Positions 63,540 through 64,000 of a stretch of DNA of 64,000 bases are shown here, piece by piece (within the stretch, counting starts at the first letter, position 1; each line of letters opens with the position of its first letter). Under the pieces are notes generated by a model. That model did no database searches. It worked only from the letters and a program-made list of their open reading frames with translations, and had not been told where the DNA came from. Both the position numbers and the translations under genes were made by a program. Source of the DNA: Eledone cirrhosa (taxonomy: Eukaryota); contig OZ024742.1 of assembly GCA_964016885.1 (NCBI GenBank), positions 168,578,001 through 168,642,000 on the forward strand. Direction: 5' to 3'.

Positions 63540-64000
63540 AATCATTAAAATCCCATTAAAAATACATTAAAGGCCCATTAAAAACGCCATAAAAAATCCA
63601 TTAAAAAAAATCCATTAAAAAAAAATTCAATCAAAAACCCATAAAAGAAACATTAAAACCGCATTTAAAAAACCCATTAAAAATTCATTAAAAAAATCCA
63701 TTTAAAAAATCCATTAAAAATCCATTAAAAATCCATTAAAAATCCATTAAAAATCCATTAAAAATAATCCATTAAAAAAATCCATTAAAAAAATCCATTA
63801 AAAAATCCATTTAAAAATCCATTAAAAAAAATCCATTAAAAAAAACTCAATCAAAAACCCATAAAAGAAACATTAAAACAGCATTTAAAAAAGCCATTAA
63901 AAAAAATCCATTTAAAAAAATCCATTAAAAAAGCCATTAAAAATACATTAAAAATCCATTAAAAATCCATTAAAAATCCATTAAAAATCCATTAAAAATC

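Larger units (their letters stand above)
1..64000 (+). repeat. AT-rich satellite array, monomer TCCATT(T)A4-11 (minus strand T4-11(A)AATGGA), running off both window edges
   Basis: Every line consists of head-to-tail CCATT/CCATTT cores separated by A-runs of variable length. G occurs only in variant monomers and cassettes. There is no unique sequence anywhere. Confidence 0.99.
61480..64000 (+). repeat. Duplication of a ~0.9 kb block at ~1612-bp offset (~61480-62400 and ~63090-64000)
   Basis: ACCAAATTAAAAGG, GGCCAGAAAAG, AAATAGC and inserts 61872/63484 all appear twice in order. Confidence 0.85.

Noticed and set aside
770-63890. CRISPR-like array of 41-bp cassettes separated by variable intervals
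   Set aside because: Intervals are 100-2900 bp of satellite rather than unique 30-40-bp spacers, and there is no leader or cas gene.
1-64000. Protein-coding ORFs on either strand, including long low-complexity ORFs if TAA were read as Gln (ciliate-type code)
   Set aside because: TAA occurs in nearly every monomer on both strands. A-run lengths vary without regard to multiples of three, so no frame is conserved, and there is no codon-like structure.
1-64000. Direct telomerase product with stuttering, or G-quadruplex array
   Set aside because: Kilobase-scale inherited patterns and cassettes require copying by recombination or replication. The G strand has mostly GG doublets separated by long T runs, unfavourable for stable G4.
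1-64000. Pure sequencing artefact (homopolymer noise on a simple 11-mer)
   Set aside because: A-run length series and rare variants are reproduced between distant copies and complex cassettes are interspersed. Individual +/-1 A differences and exact copy number may still be errors.
1-64000. Assignment to human satellite II/III or another named satellite family
   Set aside because: Only the CCATT pentamer is shared. HSat2/3 lack A-run spacers, and I do not recognise this family; a Dfam/Repbase/nt search is needed.

Overview
The whole 64 kb window is one uninterrupted AT-rich satellite (tandem repeat) array. I find no protein-coding gene, RNA gene, CRISPR array or recognisable transposon. The monomer is TCCATT(T)A4-11 (10-17 bp, shortest common form TCCATTAAAAA, 11 bp; roughly 5,000 copies by rough estimate), all on one strand, so the + strand is almost free of G. 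The array is hierarchical. A-run lengths and variant monomers (CCGTT, CCAGT, TCAATTT, TCTATT, GCCATT) are inherited in fixed order. Short (41 bp) and long (~200 bp) cassettes of older, degenerate ~11-bp monomers recur. These build a ~5.45 kb higher-order repeat, which is rearranged by 0.5-2 kb local duplications and a ~14 kb duplication offset by ~27.7 kb. The most unusual element is a 56-bp opposite-orientation segment in 19 copies. It is bounded by a 12-bp direct repeat (AATCATTAAAAT), has matching empty sites, and can fold back on its flanks into a ~110-nt imperfect hairpin. The left ~49 kb is highly homogenised; the right ~15 kb is more diverged and keeps ancestral-looking cassette forms. 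The architecture fits eukaryotic centromeric, pericentromeric or subtelomeric heterochromatin, but the organism and function cannot be determined from this window. All counts and offsets were read by eye and boundaries of duplications are approximate.
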